Under the pieces are notes generated by a model, which was not told the origin of the DNA, did no database searches, and saw only the letters and a list, made by a program, of their open reading frames with translations. A stretch of 64,000 nucleotides of DNA from a virus, in IMG/VR virus record IMGVR_UViG_3300027734_000038; one strand, given 5' to 3'. Positions 26,641 through 37,546 of the stretch are shown here, one piece after another. Each line of letters starts with the position of its first letter. Positions within the stretch are counted from its first letter, which is position 1. A program made the position numbers and the translations under genes.

Positions 26641-29178
26641 TTGGCAAATTTCTATACAAATGTTCAGAGTATTGGCGGCAATATTCTGTATCGTGGCATC
26701 AAAAATGGTCAACGAATAAAAGAGAAAATTGAGTATTCGCCTTCTCTTTATTTGCCATCCAAAAAGATTACAAACGTCACTTCACTCGATGGTGATTATC
26801 TCGACCAAAAAATCTTTGGCACAATTCAAAAGGCAAAAGATTTCATCAAACAATTTGATGGCGTTTCTGGTGCCTCCAAAATTTATGGTCAAACACGATT
26901 TGAGTATGCCTATATTGCAGATGAACATAGAGGTATGGTTGATTATGATTATGATAAAGTATCTGTCGCTGTAATCGATATTGAGGTAGGTTCTGAGAAT
27001 GGATTTCCTGACCCATATCAAGCAAATGAACCTATCACAGCAATTTGTATTCGCTTCACCAATAGTGAATCGTATGTGTTTGGTTGTGGTGAGTATGAAG
27101 TAAAAGGCAAAGAAATTTATTTCCGTTGTAAAGATGAATATAATCTCTGTAAATCATTTGTGAACTTTTGGAAAGACCACTATCCTGATATTATCACAGG
27201 ATGGAATACTAAGTTCTTTGATATACCATATCTTGTAAATCGTTTTAATAAAATTCTTGGTGAACCAGAAACTAAAAAACTTTCACCTTGGAATTATATT
27301 ACAGAACGCAAGGCCATCATCAATGGTCGTGAAATGACTTCTTATAGTCTTGTTGGTGTTGAATCGTTGGACTATATTGAACTATACAAATGGTATGCGC
27401 CAGGTGGTAAGTCACAAGAATCGTATCGTTTAGATAATATTGCTCAAGTAGAACTTGGTGAAGGTAAGATTGCATATGATGATTATGATAATCTACACTC
27501 ACTCTATCGTTTGAATTATCAACTGTTTATTGAGTATAACATTAAAGACGTTGAACTCATTATCAAACTGGAAGAAAAGTTAAAGTTACTTGAATTGGCA
27601 GTAACCTTGGCATATGATACCAAAACAAACTTTGAAGATGTCTTTGCACAAACTCGTATGTGGGATTCTTTGACATATGCTTATTTGTTTGAGAAAGATA
27701 TTATTGTTCCGCCAAGAGTTACCAAAGATAAAGATTCTGCATTTGAAGGTGCATATGTTAAAGTGCCACAAACTGGACTACATGATTGGGTTGCCTCATT
27801 TGACTTGAACTCTTTGTATCCACATTTGATGATGCAATATAATATCAGTCCTGAAACTTTGATTGAACCTGAGAACTACACAGATGAAATGCGTGAGGTT
27901 CTTTCTCAAGGTGTTTCTGTTGATAAGATGTTAAGTAAATCAATCAATACCACCAATCTTCAAGATGTAACTCTTACTCCAAATGGTCAATTCTTCCGTA
28001 CCGACATTCAAGGTTTCTTGCCTAAGATGATGGAAGAAATGTATACAGATAGAAGTAAGTTCAAACAGTTGATGTTAAAAGCAAAACAAGAATATGAAAA
28101 TGAAAAAGATTCTAACAAACTTTATGAAATTGAAAAGCGAATTGCTAAGTATAACAACATACAATTGGCCAAGAAAGTATCTCTTAACTCTGCCTATGGT
28201 GCTTTGGGTTCTCAGTATTTTCGTTTTTATGACCTACGCATGGCCTTGGGTGTTACAACAGCAGGCCAGTTATCCATAAGATGGATTGAAAACAAAATTA
28301 ATGCTTGGATGAATAAGATTCTTGGTACAGATGATAAAGACTATGTGATTGCATCTGATACCGATTCAATCTATCTCCGTATGGGAGAATTGGTTAATAA
28401 GTTCATTAAAGATACCTCAGATAAACAAAAAGTAATTTCTCTCATGGATAAAATCTGTGAAGAAAAGATACAACCATATATCGATAAGTCTTATGATGAA
28501 TTGGCTGAATATGTTCATGCGTATGAACAAAAGATGCAGATGAAGCGTGAAGGCCTTTCTGATAAAGGTATTTGGACTGCCAAGAAACGATATATTCTCA
28601 ATGTGTATAACAATGAGGGTGTTCAATACAATGAACCACAAATGAAGGTGATGGGTTTGGAAATGATTAAATCTTCCACACCATCCGCCATTCGTGAAAA
28701 AATGAAAGAGGCAATTCAGTTAATGGTGAATGGAACTCAAGATGATATTCATACCTTTATTGCAGATTTTAGAAAAGAGTTTAAGAAGTTGCCTGTGGAA
28801 GAAATTTCTTTTCCCCGTGGTCTCAATGGCCTAAATACCTATTCTGATGCGGTTAACCTTTATAAAAAAGGTACGCCAATTCATGTTAAAGGTGCAATTA
28901 TCTATAACAACAATCTAAAACGATTGGATCTCACCAAAAAATATCCACTCATTCAAGAAGGTGAAAAGGTTAAGTTTACTTACCTTAAAATGCCAAATCC
29001 ATTTAAAGATACAGTTATCTCGTATCCATCTCGTTTACCAAAAGAGTTTGAACTGCAACAATATATCGACTATGATATGCAGTTCGATAAGGCATTCTTG
29101 GAACCAATCAAAGTTATTCTTGATTGTATGAAGTGGTCAACAGAAAAAACAAGTTCAATAGAGGATTTCTTCTCATGA
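26641..29178 (+). CDS. gp43: DNA polymerase (family B)
   Basis: DIEV exo I, SFDLNSLYP, KVSLNSAYG, SDTDS; TTG start. Confidence 0.97.
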   Translation: MANFYTNVQSIGGNILYRGIKNGQRIKEKIEYSPSLYLPSKKITNVTSLDGDYLDQKIFGTIQKAKDFIKQFDGVSGASKIYGQTRFEYAYIADEHRGMVDYDYDKVSVAVIDIEVGSENGFPDPYQANEPITAICIRFTNSESYVFGCGEYEVKGKEIYFRCKDEYNLCKSFVNFWKDHYPDIITGWNTKFFDIPYLVNRFNKILGEPETKKLSPWNYITERKAIINGREMTSYSLVGVESLDYIELYKWYAPGGKSQESYRLDNIAQVELGEGKIAYDDYDNLHSLYRLNYQLFIEYNIKDVELIIKLEEKLKLLELAVTLAYDTKTNFEDVFAQTRMWDSLTYAYLFEKDIIVPPRVTKDKDSAFEGAYVKVPQTGLHDWVASFDLNSLYPHLMMQYNISPETLIEPENYTDEMREVLSQGVSVDKMLSKSINTTNLQDVTLTPNGQFFRTDIQGFLPKMMEEMYTDRSKFKQLMLKAKQEYENEKDSNKLYEIEKRIAKYNNIQLAKKVSLNSAYGALGSQYFRFYDLRMALGVTTAGQLSIRWIENKINAWMNKILGTDDKDYVIASDTDSIYLRMGELVNKFIKDTSDKQKVISLMDKICEEKIQPYIDKSYDELAEYVHAYEQKMQMKREGLSDKGIWTAKKRYILNVYNNEGVQYNEPQMKVMGLEMIKSSTPSAIREKMKEAIQLMVNGTQDDIHTFIADFRKEFKKLPVEEISFPRGLNGLNTYSDAVNLYKKGTPIHVKGAIIYNNNLKRLDLTKKYPLIQEGEKVKFTYLKMPNPFKDTVISYPSRLPKEFELQQYIDYDMQFDKAFLEPIKVILDCMKWSTEKTSSIEDFFS

Positions 29179-30176
29179 TATTTTTAACACTACTATCCGC
29201 ATTATTACTATCAGGCATTGCAGCCTATTATTCCGTTATTGGTTTGGCTGCAATCTTTACTGGTGCATTTTGGCCAATCGTTTTTATGGGCTCGGTTTTA
29301 GAACTAAGCAAATTAGTTACTACATCATGGTTATATCGTAATTGGAAAACCTGCCCACTTTTATTAAAATCATATTTGACCTTCTCTGTGGTCATTTTGA
29401 TGATTATTACCTCGATGGGTATTTTTGGTTTCCTATCAAAGGCACATATTGATTCGACAATGGATGCCGGTGCCAATACACTTGAAGTCAAAACTTTGGT
29501 GCAACAAGAAAAGATTACTAAAGAAAGATTAGATTATTTGTTGGCTCGTGCTAAAGATCCATCAACGGCAAGTAACCGACTCGACAAACAAATTCAAGAT
29601 ACCCAAAAAGAACTTACCGAAATTAATAAAAGAAAGTTACCATTACTTAAAGAATCAAATAAACTTACCGCAGAAGTTGGTCCTATCAAGTATATTGGTG
29701 ATATGGTATATGGTACTGACGATGAAGATGGCTTAGATAAGGCTGTAAGATTGGTAATCATGTTGATAATGGTTGTATTTGACCCGTTAGCTGTGTTATT
29801 ATTGATAGCAGCGAATATGTCGATGGTGAAAGGAAATGGTAGACCCATCATTGAAAATGGTACGATTGTTGGACTATCAGCAAGCGATATTCCTATATTC
29901 ACAAAGAAAAAAACTGAGCCTGTCAAGCCTGAAGAGCCACAAGATCCGGTTAAAAAAGAAGAACAAACAGTAGAAGTGAATAAAGAAAATATCACCGAAA
30001 TACAAGTTGAAGAAAATATTGTTATTAGTGAAGCTTCAGGTGAAACTATACCACCAATAACAAAAAGCAAACGAGGATTTCCTGTTAGAAAGACTAAAAC
30101 AGAAGATATAAGTAAATATGATGAGAAAGCAGAATTGGCTTTCAAAGAAAAAAGATTAGATGGTGGTGACTTTTAA
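29175..30176 (+). CDS. Membrane protein with coiled coil
   Basis: Three N-terminal TM segments, coiled coil, VFDPLAVLLLIAAN TM. Confidence 0.75.
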   Translation: MIFLTLLSALLLSGIAAYYSVIGLAAIFTGAFWPIVFMGSVLELSKLVTTSWLYRNWKTCPLLLKSYLTFSVVILMIITSMGIFGFLSKAHIDSTMDAGANTLEVKTLVQQEKITKERLDYLLARAKDPSTASNRLDKQIQDTQKELTEINKRKLPLLKESNKLTAEVGPIKYIGDMVYGTDDEDGLDKAVRLVIMLIMVVFDPLAVLLLIAANMSMVKGNGRPIIENGTIVGLSASDIPIFTKKKTEPVKPEEPQDPVKKEEQTVEVNKENITEIQVEENIVISEASGETIPPITKSKRGFPVRKTKTEDISKYDEKAELAFKEKRLDGGDF

Positions 30177-30187
30177 AAGGAAAAATT

Positions 30188-31270
30188 ATGAGTATACTTG
30201 ACAAAATTAAAAAGAATAGTAGTATTAAAGAATCAGCTATTCTTTCCAAATCAAAATTCTTCACACAGAAGGATATGATTCCAACCTCGGTGCCTATTAT
30301 CAATGTGGCACTTTCAGGTAAATTAGATGGTGGTTTAACACCAGGTCTTACAATGTGGGCAGGTCCATCCAAACATTTTAAGACTGCGTTTTCGTTATTG
30401 ATGGCCAAATCTTACTTGGACAAATATCCCAATGCAGCACTTTTATTCTATGATTCGGAGTTTGGTACTCCGCAATCTTACTTTGATTCCTTTGGTATTG
30501 ATACTGAGCGTGTTCTTCATACACCACTTACTGACATAGAACAACTCAAGTTCGATATCATGCAACAACTTACGAACCTTGATAGGGACGACAAATTAAT
30601 TATCATCATTGATTCTATTGGTAACTTGGCATCTAAGAAAGAAGTTGACGATGCACTTGAAGGCAAATCTGTTGCAGATATGTCCAGAGCAAAACAAGTT
30701 AAATCATTATTCAGAATGGTAACACCTCATTTGACGATGAAAGATATTCCAATGGTTGTAGTCAACCATACTTACAAAGAAATTGGAATGTTCCCTAAAG
30801 ATATCGTGGGTGGTGGCACAGGTTCTTATTATTCAGCCGATAATATTTTCATTCTTGGTCGCCAACAAGAAAAAGAAGGCACAGAGGTTGTAGGTTATAA
30901 CTTTATTATTAATGTGGAAAAATCTCGATATGTTAAAGAAAAATCTAAAATTCCTGTTTCTGTATCTTTTGATGGTGGTATTAGCCGTTGGTCAGGCTTA
31001 CTTGATATCGCACTTGATTCCGGCCTCGTTATCAAACCATCTAATGGTTGGTATTCAAGGGTAGATGTAACCACCGGTGAAGTAGAAGATAAAAAATGGA
31101 GAATTAAAGATACAGATACCAAAGATTTCTGGATGCCACTAATTACAAGTGAAAAGTTCCAAAATTATGTTAAAGACAAATACCAAATTGCTACTGGTGC
31201 CATCATGCAAGGCGGTGAAGAAGAATTATTTGATGAGGTTGTAACCATGAATGGTGCTGAAAATGACTGA
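30188..31270 (+). CDS. uvsX: RecA-like recombinase UvsX
   Basis: AGPSKHFKT, YDSEFG, DSIGNLAS. Confidence 0.96.
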   Translation: MSILDKIKKNSSIKESAILSKSKFFTQKDMIPTSVPIINVALSGKLDGGLTPGLTMWAGPSKHFKTAFSLLMAKSYLDKYPNAALLFYDSEFGTPQSYFDSFGIDTERVLHTPLTDIEQLKFDIMQQLTNLDRDDKLIIIIDSIGNLASKKEVDDALEGKSVADMSRAKQVKSLFRMVTPHLTMKDIPMVVVNHTYKEIGMFPKDIVGGGTGSYYSADNIFILGRQQEKEGTEVVGYNFIINVEKSRYVKEKSKIPVSVSFDGGISRWSGLLDIALDSGLVIKPSNGWYSRVDVTTGEVEDKKWRIKDTDTKDFWMPLITSEKFQNYVKDKYQIATGAIMQGGEEELFDEVVTMNGAEND

Positions 31271-31583
31271 AGGCCTTGATTACTGTTTCATTTATCCCAA
31301 AGATGATGATACTGCGGTAAACATTCGTCTATTGGCTGGACCATATAAAGATACAATATTTAAATATGGTAAGGTAAAGTTCAAAGAAGAAAATGAACAA
31401 ATGTATTTACTTTTTGCTTATGATGTGTTAGAATCTACAGTAGATAAACCCAAGAATTTGGAAAAAGATGACAAGTTTAAAAATTACCTTGGTGATTTAC
31501 TTGTTGAGTTGATGTCAAACAATATTGAGCAGGAAATAGTTGATGAAACTGGAACAGACGATATTAAAAACCCTGATTTATAA
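31263..31583 (+). CDS. Hypothetical protein (gp40 position)
   Basis: Between uvsX and gp41. Confidence 0.65.
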   Translation: MTEGLDYCFIYPKDDDTAVNIRLLAGPYKDTIFKYGKVKFKEENEQMYLLFAYDVLESTVDKPKNLEKDDKFKNYLGDLLVELMSNNIEQEIVDETGTDDIKNPDL

Positions 31584-32928
31584 TGATGACTTTCTACGGA
31601 AAGTTTTACCATTTTTAAAGACGGAATATTTTGGTGATAATGTAGAGAAAGTATTATTTAATGAAATCACATCGTTCACGGAAACTTACAATAATTCGCC
31701 ATCGATTGAGGCAGTTGGACTTGCCGTCAAAGAAAGGCGTAACCTTACGGATGACGAAGTTAAGAGATGTGAAGATTATCTTAAAGAAATTGAGGCAAAT
31801 CGTCAAACAGAAACCGAGATTCAATGGCTTGTTGACAAGACGGAAAAGTTTTGCCAAGAGAAGGCCATATATAATGCTGTATTGGGGTCTATTTCGATTC
31901 TCGATGGTAAAGACAAAACAAATGACAAAGGTGCGATTCCCAAGATATTATCGGACGCCTTGGCAATCTCATTCGACAACTCCGTAGGACACGATTATCT
32001 TGAAAACTCAGATGACCGATACGAATTTTATCACCGCAAAGAAGAACGAATCCCCTTTGATTTGGAATATTTTAACAAAATTACAAAGGGAGGACTACCT
32101 GCCAAAACCCTTAATATTGCTCTTGCTGGTACTGGCGTTGGTAAATCTTTGTTTATGTGCCATGTTGCTGCCAGTGCTATGGTGCAAGGCAAGAATGTCC
32201 TCTATATCACCCTTGAAATGGCTGAAGAAAAGATTGCAGAGAGAATAGATGCAAACTTATTGAATGTTACACTTGATGACTTGATGAGTTTACCTAAAGA
32301 TTTATATGATAAGAAAGTAAATCGTGTAAAAGAAAAAGTAACTGGTAAACTTATTATCAAAGAATATCCAACCGCTTCTGCTTCAACAACACATTTTAGA
32401 ACTTTATTAAATGAACTCAACCTCAAAAGGTCTTTCGTGCCTGATATTATCTTTGTGGATTATCTTAATATCTGTTGTTCTTCTCGTATCAAAGCTGGTG
32501 CGAATATTAACTCTTACACCTATGTCAAGTCCATTGCAGAAGAACTTAGGGGACTTGCGGTTGAATATAATGTTCCTATTGTATCTGCTACTCAAACTAC
32601 CAGAAGCGGATTCACATCGAGTGATCCAGGCTTGGAGGATACGAGTGAGAGCTTCGGGCTGCCTGCGACCGCCGATTTAATGTTTGCCTTAATCTCATCT
32701 GAAGATTTAGAAGCAATGGGTCAGATTATGGTAAAACAGTTGAAGAATCGTTATAACGATCCAACATTCCATAAACGATTTACACTTGGTGTCGATAGAG
32801 CAAAGATGAAACTGTATGATGTAGAACAATCTGCACAACAAGGAATTGCTGATGCTGGCCATCAAGGTATTGGTGCTCACAACAAAATTAAGCATGAGAA
32901 AAAACAATTTGATGGATTCAAAGTATGA
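31543..32928 (+). CDS. gp41: Replicative DNA helicase (DnaB-like)
   Basis: AGTGVGKS, TLEMAEE, VDYLNI, SATQTTR, KQLKNRY. Confidence 0.96.
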   Translation: MKLEQTILKTLIYNDDFLRKVLPFLKTEYFGDNVEKVLFNEITSFTETYNNSPSIEAVGLAVKERRNLTDDEVKRCEDYLKEIEANRQTETEIQWLVDKTEKFCQEKAIYNAVLGSISILDGKDKTNDKGAIPKILSDALAISFDNSVGHDYLENSDDRYEFYHRKEERIPFDLEYFNKITKGGLPAKTLNIALAGTGVGKSLFMCHVAASAMVQGKNVLYITLEMAEEKIAERIDANLLNVTLDDLMSLPKDLYDKKVNRVKEKVTGKLIIKEYPTASASTTHFRTLLNELNLKRSFVPDIIFVDYLNICCSSRIKAGANINSYTYVKSIAEELRGLAVEYNVPIVSATQTTRSGFTSSDPGLEDTSESFGLPATADLMFALISSEDLEAMGQIMVKQLKNRYNDPTFHKRFTLGVDRAKMKLYDVEQSAQQGIADAGHQGIGAHNKIKHEKKQFDGFKV

Positions 32929-34031
32929 TGTTATCTAAAGACGATGCGGTACATTGTGCCAAGGTATTTCAAGATTACTTTGGTAACTTTGACCGCATCG
33001 ATGAATATATGCGTGACCAAAAGTTGGCATCATTATCTGAAATGTCTTTGAATCCTCTATTTGCACCAGAAGATGATTTGTTTTCTGATTTCACGATGCA
33101 TCCAAAAGATATGGATATTGAAGTGGTAGAAATTCATAATGATACATGGGAAACCTTACTTTCAATTACCAGTTCTCATGTTAATATCCGACCTGTTGGT
33201 CGTAGCATTCACTTGGCAGTTAAAGAGAAGAAGTCAGGAAAGTTCGTAGGTTTCATTCGGTTAGGTTCACCAGTCATCAACTGCAAACCTAGAAATGAAA
33301 TGCTTGGACAAGTGTTTACGCAACAACCTGAATGGGGTAAACGCTTCAATGATTCTGCTATGATGGGTTTTGTAATTGTGCCCTCTCAACCATTTGGTTT
33401 TAATTATCTAGGTGGTAAACTTCTGGCTGCCATCTGTACCAGTCATGAAGTCCGTGAAATGATAAACAAGAAATATAATATGAATATGTGTTTGTTTGAA
33501 ACTACCAGTTTGTATGGTTCTTCTAAATCATCTTCACAATATGATGGTATGAAACCATATATTCGTTATAAAGGCTTGACAGAATCAGATTTTTTGCCTA
33601 TGATGCATGGTAAACCTTATTCAGATTTGGTTGCATTTGTTGAATCGAAGATTGGTAAGATTGTAGATGATGGAATCTCTAGTCGTAAACTAAAAATCTC
33701 CATGAAAATTATTTCATTAACTAGAGCTGCATTGAAAGGCACACCAGAACTGGTTGCTTTTGATACAACGATTGGGAATGCTAAGAAGTTGACAGAACAG
33801 AAACGATATTATATTTCCGATTATGGTTTTAAGAATATGGTAGACTATGTAACCTGTAAAACAGATACTCTTTTACCTGGTGAAAACTATGAAAAATTTC
33901 ATTTGAAGAATGTGATAGAATGGTGGAAGAATAAAGCCACCAATCGTTATGATACATTGAAGTCAGAAAGTCGTTTAAGAACAACACTTGAGGTTTGGAC
34001 CAATGATACAAATATTGACATTATTCGTTAA
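32925..34031 (+). CDS. DUF4338/DruA-like putative GNAT (Mom-like) protein, paralogue 2
   Basis: VGRSIHL..FVGFIRLGS, QPFGFNYLGGKLLA, ETTSLYG..SQYDG. Confidence 0.6.
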   Translation: MMLSKDDAVHCAKVFQDYFGNFDRIDEYMRDQKLASLSEMSLNPLFAPEDDLFSDFTMHPKDMDIEVVEIHNDTWETLLSITSSHVNIRPVGRSIHLAVKEKKSGKFVGFIRLGSPVINCKPRNEMLGQVFTQQPEWGKRFNDSAMMGFVIVPSQPFGFNYLGGKLLAAICTSHEVREMINKKYNMNMCLFETTSLYGSSKSSSQYDGMKPYIRYKGLTESDFLPMMHGKPYSDLVAFVESKIGKIVDDGISSRKLKISMKIISLTRAALKGTPELVAFDTTIGNAKKLTEQKRYYISDYGFKNMVDYVTCKTDTLLPGENYEKFHLKNVIEWWKNKATNRYDTLKSESRLRTTLEVWTNDTNIDIIR

Positions 34032-34068
34032 ATGTGTATAATAAATACTCTTACTTAACGGAGATAAT

Positions 34069-35172
34069 ATGGCTTATACTTTCTTTCCAACATCGGCAAT
34101 CGAGGTTTCTAAAACACTCAAACCGAAAAATGTTAGCGAAAAAACTAAAATACAAGAGATAAATGCTCTTTTAAGTTATTTACAAAATAATGCAAAAACA
34201 AAAAAAGTTATTGCTACACCTATTAATATTGATCCAACTAACATTAGTATGGTAAATATTTCCAGAAAAATAAAAGGAATACTTACCGAAAAACAAATAG
34301 CAACAGCAGTAGGACTAAAAACACTTAAAATCAAATTTGGTGACGGTTCTGCTGGTGGGCGAGGTGTTAATAATAAAGGAAATAAGTTTGAGAAAGATTT
34401 GGGTCCAGCATTTAAATCTTGGTGGTCAGGCAAAAAAGTAACAGATGCTGATTTAAATTATTCAATAGACGAAGTTTACGATATAACAAATCTAAAAAAT
34501 TTTTCCACTTTAGATGTTGATGCTGAAGCTGGAGCAAAAAATACAAAAAGACCAATACAATACACACCAAACATTCATTTATATTCGACATCAGCAGACA
34601 ATAATATTGGCGATATGCTTACTGATATTACACTAATTGGTACTGTTGGCAATAAAAAACAAAATATATATTTGAGTTTAAAAACAACATCAACCGTAAC
34701 TTTTTTTAATGTTGGTATTAAAGAAGTATTACCAACATCAGAAATTAAATCAGGAAACATTTCAAATAAAAATGGATTAAAATTATTAAAAATGTTTAGT
34801 ATAGATCCTTCAGTTTTTTGTGATGTTTATAATCAAAAAAGTTTTAAAGGTTATTCTGAAGATATTAATTTGACCGCATCACAAACCTCAAATATACAAA
34901 CATTTTTAGAATCTGGTATTGGTTACGGGTATACTGTTGTGCATCAAATACGAAAAGGAAATGTTAAAGTTTTTAATGTTACTAAAAAATATATGCAAGA
35001 TGCTGCAAAACCAAATTCATTAAAAATATATTATGGTGGAAAAACTGGTACAGGCAAAAGAGTTGATATGGAAATTATTACCAACAAATATCTTTTAAAA
35101 TTGAACATTAGAGATACACAAGGCAAAGATGGTTACCCCACTCGTTTAATGTGTGACTTTTCTTACTTATAG
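34069..35172 (+). CDS. Putative PD-(D/E)XK restriction-endonuclease-like protein
   Basis: GNKFEKDL..TDITL..YLSLK pattern; Lys/Asn-rich and very AT-rich; promoter upstream. Confidence 0.5.
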   Translation: MAYTFFPTSAIEVSKTLKPKNVSEKTKIQEINALLSYLQNNAKTKKVIATPINIDPTNISMVNISRKIKGILTEKQIATAVGLKTLKIKFGDGSAGGRGVNNKGNKFEKDLGPAFKSWWSGKKVTDADLNYSIDEVYDITNLKNFSTLDVDAEAGAKNTKRPIQYTPNIHLYSTSADNNIGDMLTDITLIGTVGNKKQNIYLSLKTTSTVTFFNVGIKEVLPTSEIKSGNISNKNGLKLLKMFSIDPSVFCDVYNQKSFKGYSEDINLTASQTSNIQTFLESGIGYGYTVVHQIRKGNVKVFNVTKKYMQDAAKPNSLKIYYGGKTGTGKRVDMEIITNKYLLKLNIRDTQGKDGYPTRLMCDFSYL

Positions 35173-35181
35173 GATTAAATT

Positions 35182-35463
35182 ATGGCACTAGTTGATTTTG
35201 ATAAATTGGCAAAAGAATATGCCAATATACAGGATGATTTTGGATTTTCTGCGGTAAGTGAGGCTGAGTATAATGCAGTTATCAATAAGACTGCTGAAAC
35301 AGCCGATGACTACAAAGTTCGTTTAAAAGAAGTAGAAAAGATGATTATTCCTTTTCTTCAGAAATTACATTCTACTGGAGATAAAGAATATATATATTGG
35401 CCAAATCGTAAACCAATGATTGAAAAACAAATAGAGAAAATTTTAAAACTGACTAGAGATTAA
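35182..35463 (+). CDS. Hypothetical protein
   Basis: DDFGFSAV, YIYWPNR; RBS. Confidence 0.7.
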   Translation: MALVDFDKLAKEYANIQDDFGFSAVSEAEYNAVINKTAETADDYKVRLKEVEKMIIPFLQKLHSTGDKEYIYWPNRKPMIEKQIEKILKLTRD

Positions 35464-35466
35464 ATT

Positions 35467-36189
35467 ATGACTGCTACTGTGATTATACCGACCACCGGTT
35501 CGGCTGAGGTTCACACCGCTATTAAATCTGTATTGAATCAAACATATGATACCAAATGTTATGTTGTTTGTGATGGTCCTGAATATGTTCATGCTGTTAA
35601 AAATCATGTAAAGATTTTTGAGAGCCATCCGAAATACAAAAATATTATGGTTTGTAATTTGCCTTTGAATGTGGGTGCCAGAGGTTTCTATGGCCACCGA
35701 GTTTATGCAGCTTTTACACACTTGATTGATACAAAATATGTAATGTGGTTAGACCAAGATAATTGGTTATATGAAAACCATGTTAAAAGTTGTATTGACA
35801 CTATCGAAGCAACTAATCTAGACTGGTGTTATTCCCTACGACAAATACATAATAAGACCGGTGATTTTGTTTGCTTTGATGATTGTGAATCGTTAGGCAA
35901 ATGGCAAACCTATCATGGCATACATCACATAGATACAAATAGTTATTGCGTTAAGACAGAAATTGCAATAAAATTAGCAACCGCTTGGCATGGTGGTTGG
36001 GGTCAAGATAGAGTATTTTTGGCAACAATTGCTCAACACTTCCCTAAATGGGATTGCACAGGCAACTATACAGTCCATTATCGTGTTGATGGTGGTCAAG
36101 GTTCTGTTACGGCAGATTTTTTTGAAAATGGCAATAAAGTAATGTTTGAAAAATATAATGGAGTTTACCCATGGCGTCAAAAAGTTTAA
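35467..36189 (+). CDS. Glycosyltransferase family 2
   Basis: VIIPT, SVLNQTY, VVCDG, WLDQDN. Confidence 0.85.
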   Translation: MTATVIIPTTGSAEVHTAIKSVLNQTYDTKCYVVCDGPEYVHAVKNHVKIFESHPKYKNIMVCNLPLNVGARGFYGHRVYAAFTHLIDTKYVMWLDQDNWLYENHVKSCIDTIEATNLDWCYSLRQIHNKTGDFVCFDDCESLGKWQTYHGIHHIDTNSYCVKTEIAIKLATAWHGGWGQDRVFLATIAQHFPKWDCTGNYTVHYRVDGGQGSVTADFFENGNKVMFEKYNGVYPWRQKV

Positions 36190-37019
36190 TAATCGGTGCA
36201 TTTACTAATTACAACTACAATCAATTAAAACCATGGGTTGAATCGATTGATGAATGTGGTTTTACTGGCGATAAAGCCATGGTTGTTGGTAATGCTTCAG
36301 AAGAAACAATCGGTGAGTTAATCAAACGAGATTTCATCATCATTAAGATGCATGATATTAAAGCACCAATTCATGTGGCTCGCTTTCTTTCAATCTACGA
36401 CTTTCTTAAAAACACTTGGCAGAATTATAGTCATGTGGTAACCACAGATGTCAAAGATGTTTACTTCCAAACAAATCCAATTGTATGGTTAGAATTAAAT
36501 CTTAAAGGTAAAAAACTTGTTGCCGGTTCTGAAGGTATGAGATATGCAGACGAACCATGGGGTAATGAGAATCTTATGCAATCTTATGGACCATATGTTC
36601 ATGAGCAGTTCAAAAATAATGAGATATACAATGTAGGAACAATCGGTGGTGTATCTGAGTATGTAAAAGATATGATGTTCAATATTCTATTCAATGCAAT
36701 CAACCGACCCATTCCTATTTGTGACCAAGCGGTCTATAATGTTCTCATTCAGACACAACCATTCAAAGGTGTAACTTACTTTGCTAAACAATTAGATGGT
36801 TGGGCTTGTCAGGCTGGCACAACAGTTGACCCATCCAAGATTGAATCATTTAGACCACATCTATTAGAACCAGAACCAAAGTTTGAAGATGGCATTGTTA
36901 AGACATCATTAGGCAGAACATTTGCAATTGTTCACCAATATGACCGAGTACCTGCATGGAAAGAACATATCAAACAAAAATATCAACAAGAAGAAATATT
37001 AACTTTTAGGACCGAATAA
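36171..37019 (+). CDS. Nucleotide-diphospho-sugar transferase-like protein
   Basis: TDVKDVYFQ, NVGTIGG, DQAVYN, VHQYDR. Confidence 0.75.
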   Translation: MASKSLIIGAFTNYNYNQLKPWVESIDECGFTGDKAMVVGNASEETIGELIKRDFIIIKMHDIKAPIHVARFLSIYDFLKNTWQNYSHVVTTDVKDVYFQTNPIVWLELNLKGKKLVAGSEGMRYADEPWGNENLMQSYGPYVHEQFKNNEIYNVGTIGGVSEYVKDMMFNILFNAINRPIPICDQAVYNVLIQTQPFKGVTYFAKQLDGWACQAGTTVDPSKIESFRPHLLEPEPKFEDGIVKTSLGRTFAIVHQYDRVPAWKEHIKQKYQQEEILTFRTE

Positions 37020-37546
37020 TGGACTTTGAAAAAGAATATCAAGATGCCTGTGTAAGAGATACAGACATACACGAACATTTACCAACAATATCCGTTTTAA
37101 CTTCAGAGTGTAATCATGTAACCGAACTTGGTGTTGGTTGGGCTCAAAGCACCCGTGCATTTCTACGACATGATATAGAATTGCATAGTTATGAATTTAT
37201 GCCTCAACCGGGTATTCGTGAATTCTTTGAAGAAGCCAAAAATGCTGGTCGTAATGTAACGCTTCATGTTGATGACACTCGTAAAGTAGAAATTGCAGAA
37301 ACCGATTTGATGTTGGTGGACAGTCTACATATCTATGAGCAGGTACAAAAAGAATTAGAATTACACGCAGGTAAAGTTCGTAAATATCTTTTATTTCACG
37401 ACACCACATTATTTGCTGACCGTGGTGAATTTGGTGGCAAGGGTATTTGGCCAGCGGTTCAAGAATTCATTGATTCTCATCCTGAATGGCAATTAGTTGA
37501 AAGACGGCACAATAATAATGGATTAACTATTTTAAAGAGAGTATAA
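37019..37546 (+). CDS. Class I SAM-dependent methyltransferase
   Basis: ELGVGWAQST, VDSLH, FHDT. Confidence 0.8.
   Translation: MDFEKEYQDACVRDTDIHEHLPTISVLTSECNHVTELGVGWAQSTRAFLRHDIELHSYEFMPQPGIREFFEEAKNAGRNVTLHVDDTRKVEIAETDLMLVDSLHIYEQVQKELELHAGKVRKYLLFHDTTLFADRGEFGGKGIWPAVQEFIDSHPEWQLVERRHNNNGLTILKRV

Noticed and set aside
29594-30145. 183-aa minus-strand ORF and other antisense ORFs in the track
   Set aside because: Antisense shadows of well-supported + strand genes with no recognisable motifs
31661-31987. 108-aa basic +1-frame ORF inside helicase gp41
   Set aside because: No RBS; lies over a conserved domain; length comparable to other shadow ORFs
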